A DNA stretch of 63,591 nucleotides, the filler included, from Folioceros fuciformis (taxonomy: Eukaryota), in assembly GCA_049999805.1 (NCBI GenBank). It is 30 parts of 30 records of this genome, joined end to end, with 100 filler letters (N's around TTAATTAATTAA, not from the genome) between each part and the next. Parts side by side here need not be neighbours in the genome. Positions count along the whole stretch, not along the records: positions 12,506 to 13,875 come from JBNGIO010007051.1; positions 13,976 to 15,089 come from JBNGIO010007052.1; positions 15,190 to 16,338 come from JBNGIO010007053.1; positions 16,439 to 17,643 come from JBNGIO010007054.1; positions 17,744 to 19,646 come from JBNGIO010007055.1; positions 19,747 to 21,172 come from JBNGIO010007056.1; positions 21,273 to 25,629 come from JBNGIO010007057.1; positions 25,730 to 27,054 come from JBNGIO010007058.1; 22 more parts are not named here. One strand, written 5' to 3'. This document shows, in pieces, positions 12,610 to 27,718 of this stretch. Both the position numbers and the translations under genes were made by a program. The notes under the pieces were generated by a model. The model saw only the letters and a program-made list of their open reading frames with translations. It had not been told where the DNA came from and searched no databases. Each line of letters starts with the position of its first letter. The stretch's first letter is position 1.

Positions 12610-13349
12610 AAGGATGTGAGCACATGGAATGCCCTAATATCTGGGTATGGTACTTGTGACTCGGTGGTCATAGTGTACTAGCTTGTTTTGAGGAGATGTT
12701 AGTTGACGGTCTTCAGCCTGACGGTGCTACTATTACTTGTCTTCCAGCAGCATGTAGTTACGAGGGACTGGTTCACGAGAGTTGCAAGCATTTCGATTCA
12801 ATGGCTGAAGTGCATGGCCACAAACCTACTATTAAGCATTACAATTGCATAATTGATTTGTTGGGCGTGCGGGCCATTTAGATGAGGCTGAGAAGATGCT
12901 GACGTCATGCTGTGGGCTTCAGGTCTTTCTTGAATGACTCCAAAACTTACGGGGGTATAGGGAGGGCGATATGGTGTTTTGAAAGCATTGTTAAGCTGGA
13001 CCCTCGGGGGGCGTCTGCATATTATGTGCTTATGGACAATTCCTTCGCAGATGCAGGTATGTGGACCGACGTAGATAGGATTCAAACACGGAGAATGATA
13101 GCAGATGCTAGCAAGAAACCTGCAGTGGCGACCATTGAGGTGAACAAGCAGTGACATAGGTTTCTGGTGGGAGAAAGGAATGAGCATATTGCACAACAGG
13201 TTGAGACCACGCATGAACGTCTGGAGCAGGATGGAGGCCACGTACCTCACACAACGTTGGTGTTGAAGTCACTATGTGAGACAGAAAAGGAAGATGTGCT
13301 CTGTGGGCATGCAGAGAAACTAGCTCTGGCATTTGAAATCTGGAACACT
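12610..13349 (+). pseudogene. Degenerate PLS-class PPR gene with E1/E2 and partial DYW:KP-type deaminase domain
   Basis: Fragments DVSTWNALISGYG, GLQPDGATITCLPAACSYEGLV, KPTIKHYNCIIDLLG, KKPAVATIEVNKQ*HRFLVGE and KEDVLCGHAEKLALAF. There are frameshifts and an in-frame TGA at 13152-13154, and homology stops before the CxxC/terminal tripeptide. Confidence 0.85.
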
Positions 13350-14595
13350 CGAGTGGGTCTAGTCACAGTTCCACCGAGAGACTTGAACAAAGGGACATTG
13401 TTGTTAGGGGTGGGTACCGTGTCCATCGATTCTCAGTCGGTTGTTGCAGTTGTAAGTGTCGGGATGTAGACTACTCATCGCTCAAGTTTGAAAAGGAGAA
13501 CTTGGTGATTTTTCCCCTCAGGACCTAACTCCTTCCTTCGACCTGGATGTTCGAACATCCGCTCGGTATAAGGTGCCCTGTAGTTGGAAGGGCAAGAAGG
13601 CCCAAACCATTCGTTCACACTAAATTGGCTCGTTGGAGAACATCCGATTGATGTCCTGCATACTCTTTCTGTAAGTCGTCAGCAAGGTTCTTCCGGTTTT
13701 CAATTTTGTGGTTCGTGGACGACACATTTTACACATTTGTGCTTGACGGATCGTTCTTGTCACTCTTTGAGGTAGCCAAGTGCAATGTTGGAGGTGATGA
13801 AGATCTCTGTAGACGAACTACCTACCCAAAGAGGCTGTTTGATCCCTATGCCTACTCCTCTATCAGGTCTCATATNNNNNNNNNNNNNNNNNNNNNNNNN
13901 NNNNNNNNNNNNNNNNNNNTTAATTAATTAANNNNNNNNNNNNNNNNNNNNNNNNNNNNNNNNNNNNNNNNNNNNGCCGGTAGTCGAAGCTCAGTGACGG
14001 TTGCGGAATCAGCAACCCAAGGTTGCTGGAACCCCTACCTGCACCAAGAGGCCTAGACTAGAAATAACTACAGCCAGAGTGGTAGGAGGCACCCAGCATC
14101 CTTGGAGGGCAGAGAGTGGAAAGCCAAGATGGGTCAGCCAGCAATTGGAGTGAGGTGGATATTTTTAAAAGGATTTGCCCAATCAACAGCATGGAAGGAG
14201 AGCCTGAAGATTTTGTGAGGCAAGGGAAGGTGGGCCAGAAGAATAAATAGGAGGACAGAGAGTGGCGCCAAGGTAAGCGAGGAGTGGTGGCATCTGAAAA
14301 TAGTATTTAGATAAGATTTGGTAAGATGCTATTCTAACCTGGTGCCGCCTGCCATTAAGAGCACCTTTTTTAAAGTTGACTATTTTAGAGCTAGATTTTA
14401 TGACGGGCTATGGCACCCGCCCTTGGAAACTTTGTACAAAAGGGGCCAATTGGTGCCTCTCTGATTAGCAAATGTTTGAGACTCCTCCCGGTTGAGATTC
14501 CGTGCACTGCCCATGGCGGGACTAGAGAGGTCTAGGTGAGGCAGTGAGTGCGAGACGCTCCTAGGAGCAGTTGAGCATATTTGCTACACAGCTGA

Positions 14596-15089
14596 AGTGA
14601 GGGGGACGAATCTGCGAGTTGCGCAAAGTGGAAGGAGGTACTACCTCCTTCCCTTATTCCTTGACCGGCCAGTTCTGTTTTGTAGTGGGAAAGTGAGGGG
14701 AACGAATCCACCATTACTGGAGTGGAGGGAGAGCTCTCCTTCCCTTATTCCCTGAGTTGGTTGACTGCATTTTTAATCTGGAGTGTGTGAGAAAAGAGTG
14801 TGTTGAGAAGAAGAAGTGTTGGAGAATGTGTGAGAAGAGTGAGTGAGGAGAAGAAGAAGTGTTGGAGAATGTGTGAGAAGAGTGAGTGAGGAGAAGGAGA
14901 AGGAGGAGGCTGAGAGTGAGTGAGAGGAGATGGAAAAGGCTGAGAGTGAGTGAGAGGAGGAGAAGAAGGAGGCTGAGGAGTAGGAGTGAGTGAGAGGAGG
15001 AGGAGAGAGTGAGGACTGATTTTTGGCCGTAGCTGAGGAGAGGGGGACGAATCCACCGCTGCTGGAGTGGAGGGAGATTTCCTCCCTCC
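14596..15089. repeat. Repeated GAGGGG(G/A)ACGAATC units and GA-rich low-complexity tract, probably transposon-derived
   Basis: Three related GAGGGGxACGAATC units (about 14599, 14695, 15040), two of them followed by CTGGAGTGGAGGGAGA. GAGTGAGTGAGAGGAG-type repeats span about 14790-15010. Confidence 0.5.
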
Positions 15090-15189
15090 NNNNNNNNNNN
15101 NNNNNNNNNNNNNNNNNNNNNNNNNNNNNNNNNTTAATTAATTAANNNNNNNNNNNNNNNNNNNNNNNNNNNNNNNNNNNNNNNNNNNN

Positions 15190-15336
15190 GCCCCCGCCAA
15201 GGCTCCCTCCAGCTCTCCCACTGCCAAGGCTCCAACTGCCACAGGACCAGCTCCTCCTCCCGAAAGCTCTTCTGGCTCTGTCAAGGCTGCTCTCTTGACG
15301 GTTGCCGGAGGGGTTGCCCTTGCTATGCTGGTGTAG
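15190..15336 (+). CDS. C-terminus of a GPI-anchored arabinogalactan-type (AP/SP/TP-rich) cell-surface protein
   Basis: APAKAPSSSPTAKAPTATGPAPPPESSSGSVKAALLTVAGGVALAMLV*: AP/SP glycomodules, a small-residue omega region and a hydrophobic tail before the stop. Confidence 0.75.
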   Translation, partial: APAKAPSSSPTAKAPTATGPAPPPESSSGSVKAALLTVAGGVALAMLV

Positions 15337-16438
15337 TAGTGTGATGTTATGGTACAAGTTTTTGTGCTAGGACAAAGGACAGAAGTGTATTTTTTGAGAC
15401 GGCCCTTATTCTTTGCCACAGACCTAGTCCTGTGTGCCCATGACCTCGGCATTTGCCGGGGTTGGATTCAATAACGATATTGATGTCCGGTCGTCCTTCT
15501 AAATGCTACTTCTTCAGGGCCACCTTTTCTATTCTTGCTTTAACAACGTTGGGAATTTCATCTTCGGCGCCGAGCTTTTTGCATTCATGTCTTTAAAGGC
15601 CATCGGCGAGCATGAACAGGGTCCAGGTCTAGTCTTCAACAACTCACGGCCTCAGGGCGGATGATCCCTTAGGCGAGAATATCCGGGATGATGTAGGCGC
15701 GTGGGAGCGCCAAGTGCGAGCTGTAAGACTTATGTTTCTCGTGGTCTGTATGCTTGCACCCGCCAGTAGCCACTCCCGTACACCGCCACTAGTCTCTACG
15801 CTAGAACGCTGCGATATATCAGTAGCACAGGCTCCTACCGAATTGGTCCTCTGCAAATCTAGAGTAGACCCCCAGTCTCGACTCCCGAACATAAGCAAGC
15901 AAAGCGTGCCCATTCATCAATCCAACCCGTATTGATCCCGGAACTAATGTAGAGACTACTCTGCACAAGAAGCCGTAGCGCCAAGGGACATCCACAGCAC
16001 GAGCTGCACATACAGTACGTAACTTTCGGCTGAACATCCGGAGGTGCAAGGGTGTGAGACGTGCAGAACCATGAGATGACGTGCACCTTTATCTCAAGTT
16101 TCACTGAAGAACTCTCTTCCGTACATATTTGCGAAGTCCATCCAACAATCGATTGGAACAAGCGACTTCTGAGACCTCGACCAGAATTGCAGTGTTGCAA
16201 GCAGGCATTTAATTGACTTACACATCCACTTCCCTTTCCTGTCTTCTTAAATATTCTCCCATCTACGCACGATGAATACGATAAATATTGTTCATCGTGA
16301 TTCATACCTATGGCATACCACAGTGGACAGAGGGGAGGNNNNNNNNNNNNNNNNNNNNNNNNNNNNNNNNNNNNNNNNNNNNTTAATTAATTAANNNNNN
16401 NNNNNNNNNNNNNNNNNNNNNNNNNNNNNNNNNNNNNN

Positions 16439-16705
16439 GAGGAGAGGAGGAGAGGAGGAGAGGAGGAGAGGAGGAGAGGAGAAAGAGAGGTCACACTTTC
16501 ACAAAATGAGTCTCTCACTGCAAGGGAGCTCAAGGGGGTTTATATACCCTCTAAAGGAGCTCCCTAGGAAGCTTCACAAGAAGCGCACTGGAAGCTGTGC
16601 AAGAAGCTTCCTGCATATTAGCTTAAGCTAATCTAAACTAATGGTACTTAACTATACACTAATCTTAGACTAAACACATTAGTCTAAGCACATTGGGCTT
16701 TATCA
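16439..16705 (-). mobile_element. Probable LTR fragment adjoining decayed retroelement-like sequence (16740-17420)
   Basis: On the minus strand: starts TGATAAAG at 16705, has a TATATAAA box inside the palindrome GGGGTTTATATACCCC (about 16534-16549), then a (TCTCC)n tract. The flank has broken acidic/coiled-coil ORFs. Confidence 0.4.
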
Positions 16706-19187
16706 ACCCTACAGAGTAAAGATGCTAAAATCCAAAGGCTGTTTGATGATCAGGCATGAAATGAGGCAAGAAAGGATAAGAGATCAAATGCGCGAGGAGC
16801 AGGCAGAGCAACACACAGAGAATTTGGAGCTTCACCATGTCTCTCATGTTTACAAGATGCTGGTGGTTTGAAAGCATAGGTTCCAAGTGGACTAGACCAT
16901 CCAGTTTGGTTTTTTAACTTCGTCTCTTGTAGGAAGAAAATGCTTCCTTACAACTGCGAGTGGAGAAACTCACTGTTGAGAGAGATGCCTACCAACAGCG
17001 TGCGCAGTGGGACCCACTAGATTTGGAAAAGTTAGAATTGACTTTGGAAGAGGAAAGGGTTCACCTACATAGCGAGATCTTAAAGACCAATCAGGGGTTA
17101 CTAAGGATCGCAAGGAGAAAGGCAATTGAGCCCCATAATGATGACCAAGCAAAGGTGAAGACAACCATCCCTCCTATGACAGAGTAAAAGGAGGACAATG
17201 ATATGGACACTGAAGTTTCTAAATGGGAAGAAGTGCTAGAACAGGAAGAGGAAGATTGGGCCCAAGAAGCGGCAAAAATTTTATGTGACTTGGTGGACCT
17301 ACCCTCACAGGAGGGTCCTGTCACTGAACCACTGTGGAGTGATTTCTTGCACCCAAGAACCACCAAAGGGCCACACATCCCCTTATTGTCGTTGCAGTCT
17401 TATGATTCGCTCCCAAGGGAGTGAACTAGTGCCAAGGAACACTACCTTTCACACTTCTACCTATCAGCCGGTCTATAGGCCTGACCATACACACACAACA
17501 AGGAGGCTAGAAGCCTAGCCTATCATCAAATCAGCTCACACAACTCCAGATCTTCAGTCCTTCAGCTCTTCATGATTCCCACTTCAGTCCTTTCTTCTTC
17601 CCTTCAGCCCTTCATGATTCCCACTTTAGTCCTTTCCTCTTCANNNNNNNNNNNNNNNNNNNNNNNNNNNNNNNNNNNNNNNNNNNNTTAATTAATTAAN
17701 NNNNNNNNNNNNNNNNNNNNNNNNNNNNNNNNNNNNNNNNNNNGCCCACATTCACAGCGACACAGGATATGCAGAAGACGATGAACACCAAAGTCAAGGG
17801 ATGCATCATGTTCGCTCCGCGCATGCAATGGCAGGGATGTTGCTGGCAACAAGAGTTGGAACTACTGCTGCTGCGCATGCGTCCTAGCACGCATCGTCTT
17901 CCCCGGGCTCCATCAGGTTGCTTCTTAACTGCCATGGGTGTCTCAAACCGTGCAGCATCCGTGACCAGGTCTGCATCTTTCTCGACTGCTCCGCAACGGA
18001 GGTCTGGAGAACGCAGAAGCCAACTGGAGACAACCAAGGCAACGGCAGATGAATCCTCGAGCGGGCGAATCCTGGGAGCATTTCAGTTCGGAACAGCACG
18101 CTCCAGGATGGTTACCACCCGGTAACTGAATTCATCGGGGAGAGCGGGTCTGCGCGCTCCGTTCCATAGTGAGACGAGACGTCTCTTTGAGCCCCGGGCG
18201 TGCAATCTTGTTGAACATTGTGGGATGTGGCTGTGTGGCTTGGGCCAGAGGTAGAGGTGCAGGGGGAGGAGCTTGGAAGGAAGGGCACGTCAAGTCATGG
18301 GAAATGCGTGTCCCACGGCCCACCCCGGCACGCACAGACGGGACTTCTAGTCTGTCCGGTGTGTCGAAAACCTACTCACCAGACGACCAGCCTGCATTCC
18401 AGCTGTATGCAGAAAGCAGTAGTGGGGACCAGGCGCCGGCTGAAGGCTCAAGGCTGAAGCTGAAGGGCGAAGGCGAGCAGCCCAGCAATTCCCCTCGACG
18501 GCAGGGCCATGAGAGCCATCCGGACGGCGGGACCGGGGCTATCTGTACGCCACGCAAATCTAGCGTCCTCCCGGAGCCAGGAACGGGCCGTTGCCCTGGT
18601 TCGGTTTCATGTGAACGCTAACCGACAAGCAACGTACCCGCTGCCCGGGTCTCCACACCGAGACGTCTTTCAAACCCGCCACATTTTCTTCACTCCACAC
18701 TGAATGTTATCTCTACTCAAAGCATCATTTACAAAGGTTTACCGCCACGCAATATAAGGTACATATATATATCTATTCCCTTTAGTCTGGTATGGTGAGT
18801 CTGTAACATTATTCGGGTAAATTTTGTAATGTGTAAAACTGTTTGAGGATTATTTAATTTATATTTATTATTAATAAAATATCTAAAATATTATTTGAAT
18901 TATTTAATATTTATTTTTTATGATTATTAATTTGATAATATTGCGAGCGTATCATATGGAATATCGATTCGGACAAGGGCTACCCATAGATGTTCATTTT
19001 TTAAATACGTATTTCTATGAAAATATAGGTAACATCTCAAGAATATTCCCGTACTTAACCTAGCCATTTTACTCTAACTGTAACCGGTATGTGGATTGAA
19101 AGGGACACATCCTTCATGCTTTATTTCGGTTCATACACATAGTGTTTTAAGATTCGTCCCAATTACACTACCATGACCCGATCGAAA

Positions 19188-19283
19188 ATGTCCAAAATGT
19201 TTGGATCGTATTATGTTTGGATCGTATTCTGTTATGTCCAAAATGTTTGGATCGTATTCTGTTATGTCCAAAATGTTTGGATC
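19188..19283. repeat. Short tandem repeat, 30-bp unit ATGTCCAAAATGTTTGGATCGTATTCTGTT (about 3.5 imperfect copies) in an AT-rich tract
   Basis: Directly visible repeats within the AT-rich segment 18760-19646. Confidence 0.8.
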
Positions 19284-19746
19284 TATACCGCCGTCCTAAA
19301 GTTTGTGTGAAAAAGCCCTTAATGTATGGATATTCCATATAACTCCTGAAGCAAGTCTACATGAGTTAATGTTATATTGTGTTAGCGAACATATGTTAAA
19401 TTAAATGTTATTATATAATATTTTTTATATTTTAAAATACAATCAAAATACTACTCTTTTTTTCAAAATATAAGAAAGATACCACTTATCTCCACCCAAG
19501 AGAGCTCCTGCCTAGAGAGCTCGTTTCTTCACTAGATGATAAGAAATACATGTATATTTCAATCCATGAAAAATGAATTTCCAGAGGTAAATGTTTAATC
19601 ACAATTATTTATAAGTATGTGTCCATTTTGACACACATTTATAAGGNNNNNNNNNNNNNNNNNNNNNNNNNNNNNNNNNNNNNNNNNNNNTTAATTAATT
19701 AANNNNNNNNNNNNNNNNNNNNNNNNNNNNNNNNNNNNNNNNNNNN

Positions 19747-20559
19747 ATACTTTCATTGGCTATTCAGAAGGAATCAAGGGTTATAAATTGTTTGATCCTT
19801 CCACTAAGAAGCTTCTTTATGCTCACAGTGTTACTTTTCATGAAATTCCCTGTTTTCACCTTCAGTGGGAGATGTTCACCTACTCACTCTTCATCTGAAG
19901 ATACAGAATCTGAATGTTCTTCTTTTGATACAAGTGACTATATTGTGGATTTTCCTAATCCTACCCTTCGACTTCCCTTTGATGGACCTGTCATGCCAGA
20001 GGAGGATTTAGGCCCTGTATTGCGTCCCGATTCACCTACATCAGATACTAAGGAACCTCAACACCTTGAGGATATCCCTTATGATCAAGACAAACCTGAG
20101 GATGTTTCTTATGATACGAGTGAACCTGATGGTGACTCTGAGTATCCCAATCCTCAGGACTCAACTCCTGATGAAGATGTAGAAAATGAGCAACCTACAC
20201 AAAGGTATAATCTAAGAACCAGACCAACCATTTATGGTCTTGTTGGGTGGAAGGAACCTCCCCTTAGATACCTAGCAACTTCTGAAGCCGTATATTTGGC
20301 AATTGTTGATAAAGAAGAACCCATTACTCTTAAACAAGCTTTCTCATCTCTTGAAAAGGATTTATGGAAGGCAGCAGTAGATTATGAGTATGATTCCTTA
20401 ATCAAGAATTCAACATGGGAACTGGTTAAACCCTCCAAGGATAGGAAGATAGTAACAAGTTAATGGGTATTCAAAATCAAGCAAAAAGGAGAGTGTTCTA
20501 TTGAAAGATACAAGGCACGTCTCGTTGTCAGAGGTTTTACACAAATTCATGGCCTAGAC
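19747..20559 (+). mobile_element. Ty1/Copia pol remnant (post-integrase region and start of reverse transcriptase), degenerate
   Basis: FIGYSEGIKGYKLFDPSTKK, then a frameshift, then EPITLKQA...WKAAVDYEYDSLIKNSTWELV...TS*WVFKIK...IERYKARLVVRGFTQIHGLD. Confidence 0.92.
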
Positions 20560-21172
20560 TGCTACCACCGAGAGGACTTGCTTGGTGGGGATAGGACCCT
20601 CTTGTATTTCTTTGTGATCGTCTTTATACATGTGTTTGGGACTGGCCAAGAAATAGGCGTCCCTGCCCAACAACTAGGGTTGTTGGGCCATTAAAAGTTT
20701 GTTAGAACTAGTTATTCCTAAGTAAAATGCTTTAATCCTTGTTTAGGGCTAGTTTACCTAGGGTTAATTACCGATTCGATTTAAAGGCTACACAAAGTCA
20801 TGTTAGTCTAAACTCATCTTCAACCTGGTTGTTTGTCCCGTTGAGGAGAGTCTCGTTAGGCACCTTCTGGGTCGGTTCCTATTGCCCCGTCAGGCTATGG
20901 CTGGAGGCGGCTTCGTTCCCGTTAGCTACACACGCAGATTGGCCATGGCGGTGCGTGTGTCATTCTCCCCCACTTAAGCTGGCTAGGTCCTCCTGGCCGA
21001 TCTGTCTCTGAGCTTGGGAAGTTTGCATCTGAGCCCGCAAGTGAGGGACGTGATGGCAAAAGGCTATGGGTTTCCACGTCGCAGCACTGTCGGGTTCACT
21101 TGTCCACGCCACGAGGAAGTCTGTCACACAGCGAGAACGGAGCTGGCAATCGCGGCGCTGGAGGATACGATG
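20560..21172 (-). mobile_element. 3' end of a second LTR retrotransposon (probably Gypsy) inserted into the Copia RT; LTR about 20962-20560, polypurine tract about 20975-20963
   Basis: Copia homology ends abruptly at 20559. On the minus strand GAGGAC..AAGTGGGGGAGAA (PPT) is directly followed by TG at 20962, and the segment ends in CA at 20560. Confidence 0.65.
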
Positions 21173-21272
21173 NNNNNNNNNNNNNNNNNNNNNNNNNNNN
21201 NNNNNNNNNNNNNNNNTTAATTAATTAANNNNNNNNNNNNNNNNNNNNNNNNNNNNNNNNNNNNNNNNNNNN

Positions 21273-24355
<3,083 letters not shown>

Positions 24356-25152
24356 GGTGTCAGCCAAATGCAAGTCAGTTATCAATGACAGCATGTGCCC
24401 ATATATCTTCATCGGCAAAGCTGTCATCTTAGGTAGCAAATAATTTAAAGTTATTATTGATCAATGGGCCTCTAAAGGTAAAATTCGTGTTTGGAATGTG
24501 TAAGGCATCTACCTTTAGCTGGGTAGGTAGCCAGAAAATCGCTGAGTGGGTAGCCAGAAAATGAATGTGTTGTCAGGTCTTACAGGGAATTGCCGAGCAC
24601 CTTTTTGATCCCTCCTACAAGAAAGGAGTCTTCCGATTGTAAATAACAAGTTGGAAAGAATGGACTTGGTTCTCATTGTGTTCTACCGTGAATACATATT
24701 CTTACGAAGGAGAAGAATGGTGTTTATAACATAGAACACGTCATATGGAGTAAGCCAGTGCTGAAATTGAACCACAAAAATTGCATAATAAGAAATTAGT
24801 TACCATTATACCACCGTAACAATTATATTTGATGCCTTTAAACTGTGTATTATGTCTGATGAACATAGTCACTTCGGCGTTTCTACATTCGTCTCCATGG
24901 ACACAGTTCACAGACTTCACACCGCTCACACACGCTCGCACGCCGGCCTGTAGGTTGGCCTCGATCGGGGAGAATCAGAGTTGTCATGTCAATAAGAGAG
25001 GTAGTTTAATATTGGAGTAAGCAAAGCAAGACATATATATCTTACAGGCGCAGAGTGCGCACATTTGGACACGGTTCTGAAACAACCAGCTATCAGATTG
25101 AAAGACCGACCTGGACAGCCTCCAGGTCGGTCCATATACTTGTGATCAATGT

Positions 25153-25629
25153 CTACAGCCTGCTCGCATGCAGGGAATTCCTCACATAAGCAGCACTTCG
25201 CCGCTCATTCTCCTTGCAGTGGCTACACACTGCGGCAGGCTGGAACCCTTGCTTATAGCAATACTGGCAGCTCACAGTGTCCACTTCAATCAACTTCCCT
25301 TTGCTCGACGCAAACGCTATCATCATCGGCACATAAGTTTCCTTCAACTTCCGGAGCAGCGACAGCGGCGATGAGCTTAAGGATATCTTCACCCTTGGTC
25401 GTTTACACTTGATCCTCCATGCCGGCTGCTTCTTGGCCGTACCTTCGGGGCCCGGGCCATCTTTCAGACTGCTCAGCTTCAGAAAATTGTTTCTACTGGC
25501 CCTTTGAGCAATCCTCCTGGATCTGGCCTCGCTGCTGATCGAAGCTCTGCGCTTGAGGAATTGGCTGATGCTCCTTATCAGAGCGCTGAGCCTGCCTGTC
25601 GCTCCAGGACTTCTGCGGCTGCGCCTGCC
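25153..25629 (-). CDS. Small basic plant protein of unknown function, 5'-truncated
   Basis: The frame is open from the contig edge to the stop at 25153: ...NNFLKL...PAWRIKCKRPRVKISLSSSPLSLLRKLKETYVPMMIAFA... This resembles the WRIK...SP..L.RL...YV.MM pattern of a plant uncharacterised family (recalled, not searched). Confidence 0.55.
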   Translation of the reverse strand, partial: GRRSRRSPGATGRLSALIRSISQFLKRRASISSEARSRRIAQRASRNNFLKLSSLKDGPGPEGTAKKQPAWRIKCKRPRVKISLSSSPLSLLRKLKETYVPMMIAFASSKGKLIEVDTVSCQYCYKQGFQPAAVCSHCKENERRSAAYVRNSLHASRL

Positions 25630-26346
25630 NNNNNNNNNNNNNNNNNNNNNNNNNNNNNNNNNNNNNNNNNNNNTTAATTAATTAANNNNNNNNNNNNNNN
25701 NNNNNNNNNNNNNNNNNNNNNNNNNNNNNACAACAAGGTGAGTTTGGACGAAAAACAACATATAGTCAAACTATTGCTGCCTCCAACACAAGCTTCTCCA
25801 CTTGCAAAGGGGGTAGGAGTAGAGGAAGAGGCAAGGGAGCTTTAGTTGCTCAAACCTTTAGTCCCATACTACTTACAATATTGAAATAGTCTTGACATGC
25901 CCCACTTCAATCCATGTAGTTCATCAAAGTTGTTTCCTCCCTAATCAAGCTATCCAACTTCTTCACCAATTAGTCTTGGCACTTTGGAAGTGAATATGTT
26001 TTTCTCGAAATTGTGATAGATTACCTTAGATTTGCGTTCAAAGATCTTTGTCTCACCAATTGGCTTGCCAACCTCTCTTTTTGCTTCAACTTACTTGCAT
26101 TCCCATAAAGATATTATCTTTTGCTTTTACTCTCACGTGCAAATTACTCGAGGTCCTTGGATTGCAAACTCTCATCGGAGCCACTCATGTCATGTAAATG
26201 AGAGCGAGGGCTTGCGTTAAGCTATGAAGCGCAAGAAAGCGCACGATATCAAAATCTTCTTCTATGCATATGGACCTTTTCTTATTTGAAAATTTGCTTT
26301 ACTCCAATTTTCTCCAACAAAGTCTTTTTTTTTAGGTTTTCAAAGT

Positions 26347-27054
26347 CTAGCTTGAGTTTGCTATGGTGATTGGAGCTTCAAGGAATTCTACTATATTGCT
26401 AAAAGTGAACCTTGATGTAAATGAATTTGTCCACATATGATCTAGTACAACCTTGTTCAGTTTTTGGCTTGGGTGAATGGGATCCCACCACACATAATCT
26501 TGGACATCGTCTTCGTTGCAAGCTCTTTCTACACCTGAGCAAGAAAGCTCTCCTCTATATCTTCCTCCGCCACAACATGCTTCATTTTTTGTAAACCCAT
26601 ACTGAGTAGGATTAAGAGAAACATTTCGAGTGAGGTTAAAAGTAAAGCCAAAGAAAACTTGGCCATGATATAACCTACTTTCTGACTTATTTCCACTTTC
26701 CATGGTATGGTTATTCTTTCCTACTCTTTGGAATGGATTACATCTCTTTACACTTCCATGTAAACTTACATTCTTATCTCCGTAGAATATATTACATAAT
26801 TTACTTCTTAATTGCAAATTGTAAAGATGAATCCCTTGATTGACTTGTTTAATGCAAGAATTTTTGCTGTTATTGTATAATTGCATGATGCGCGGTGTAC
26901 ATCCAAGTGGTTGAACTTCCGTTACTATGAATCTACGAGCCCCTTCTCGATACAAAGAAGTAATTTGGTCTGCTACACTATCAACCTCATTATTGATAAA
27001 ATCATCTCTTGATGTTGAGAGTTGATCATGTAGAACATAATTGATCCAATCATC
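26347..27054 (-). CDS. GDSL/SGNH esterase-lipase, C-terminal part, 5'-truncated, intronless and AT-rich
   Basis: DDWINY (end of block III), LYREGARRFIV...PLGCTP, YGF...ACCGGGRY and block V YVWWDPIHPSQ (DxxH catalytic pair). Confidence 0.88.
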   Translation of the reverse strand, partial: DDWINYVLHDQLSTSRDDFINNEVDSVADQITSLYREGARRFIVTEVQPLGCTPRIMQLYNNSKNSCIKQVNQGIHLYNLQLRSKLCNIFYGDKNVSLHGSVKRCNPFQRVGKNNHTMESGNKSESRLYHGQVFFGFTFNLTRNVSLNPTQYGFTKNEACCGGGRYRGELSCSGVERACNEDDVQDYVWWDPIHPSQKLNKVVLDHMWTNSFTSRFTFSNIVEFLEAPITIANSS

Positions 27055-27718
27055 NNNNNNNNNNNNNNNNNNNNNNNNNNNNNNNNNNNNNNNNNNNNTT
27101 AATTAATTAANNNNNNNNNNNNNNNNNNNNNNNNNNNNNNNNNNNNNNNNNNNNAAACCCGAGCCCAGCCTTGGCCTGCCCTGGTTTCTATTACGTACCT
27201 CATTTGTTTCACTTTCCTGCTCATCACTCTTTCCGCTTCCGCTTCCGCTTCCGCTTCCTTTTCCATCCACTTCCGCTTCCTTTTCCATCCAGTCCATGAT
27301 CAGACTGGCTGTGCTGCCGGGACGAGTGTAGAAGCCTTAGGTCGGGACACCTTTTTGAGCCAACCGTTGGCAACAGCGAGCGAGACAATTATGGCAAACA
27401 AGGGGGTGCACAGCTTTAGATTCTTGAGAGCAGGGGAGACGAGTCAGTCTCAAAACCATGTGCATGTCTTGGTAGACTTGCTTCTTATACTCGGAGGACC
27501 AACCCATGCGGGTTTCTCTCCACCTTGTCTACAAAATAATGTGTCAAGAAACAGCAAGAGACGAGACTGATGAATGGAGAGTCCTAATGAATGACGAAAC
27601 CGTCAGGTCAGTTCTGTGTAAGAGGCAGCACACTGGTTACAGCCCTTGTCAAAATTTGGCCAAGCTTACAGCATTCCAGCATTGCTATCTCAGAGACTGC
27701 ATGTGGGAATGCATCTTT

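Noticed and set aside
27566-27605. CTGATGA...GAAAC as a hammerhead ribozyme
   Set aside because: Stem II does not close directly after CUGAUGA, and stems I and III are not evident.
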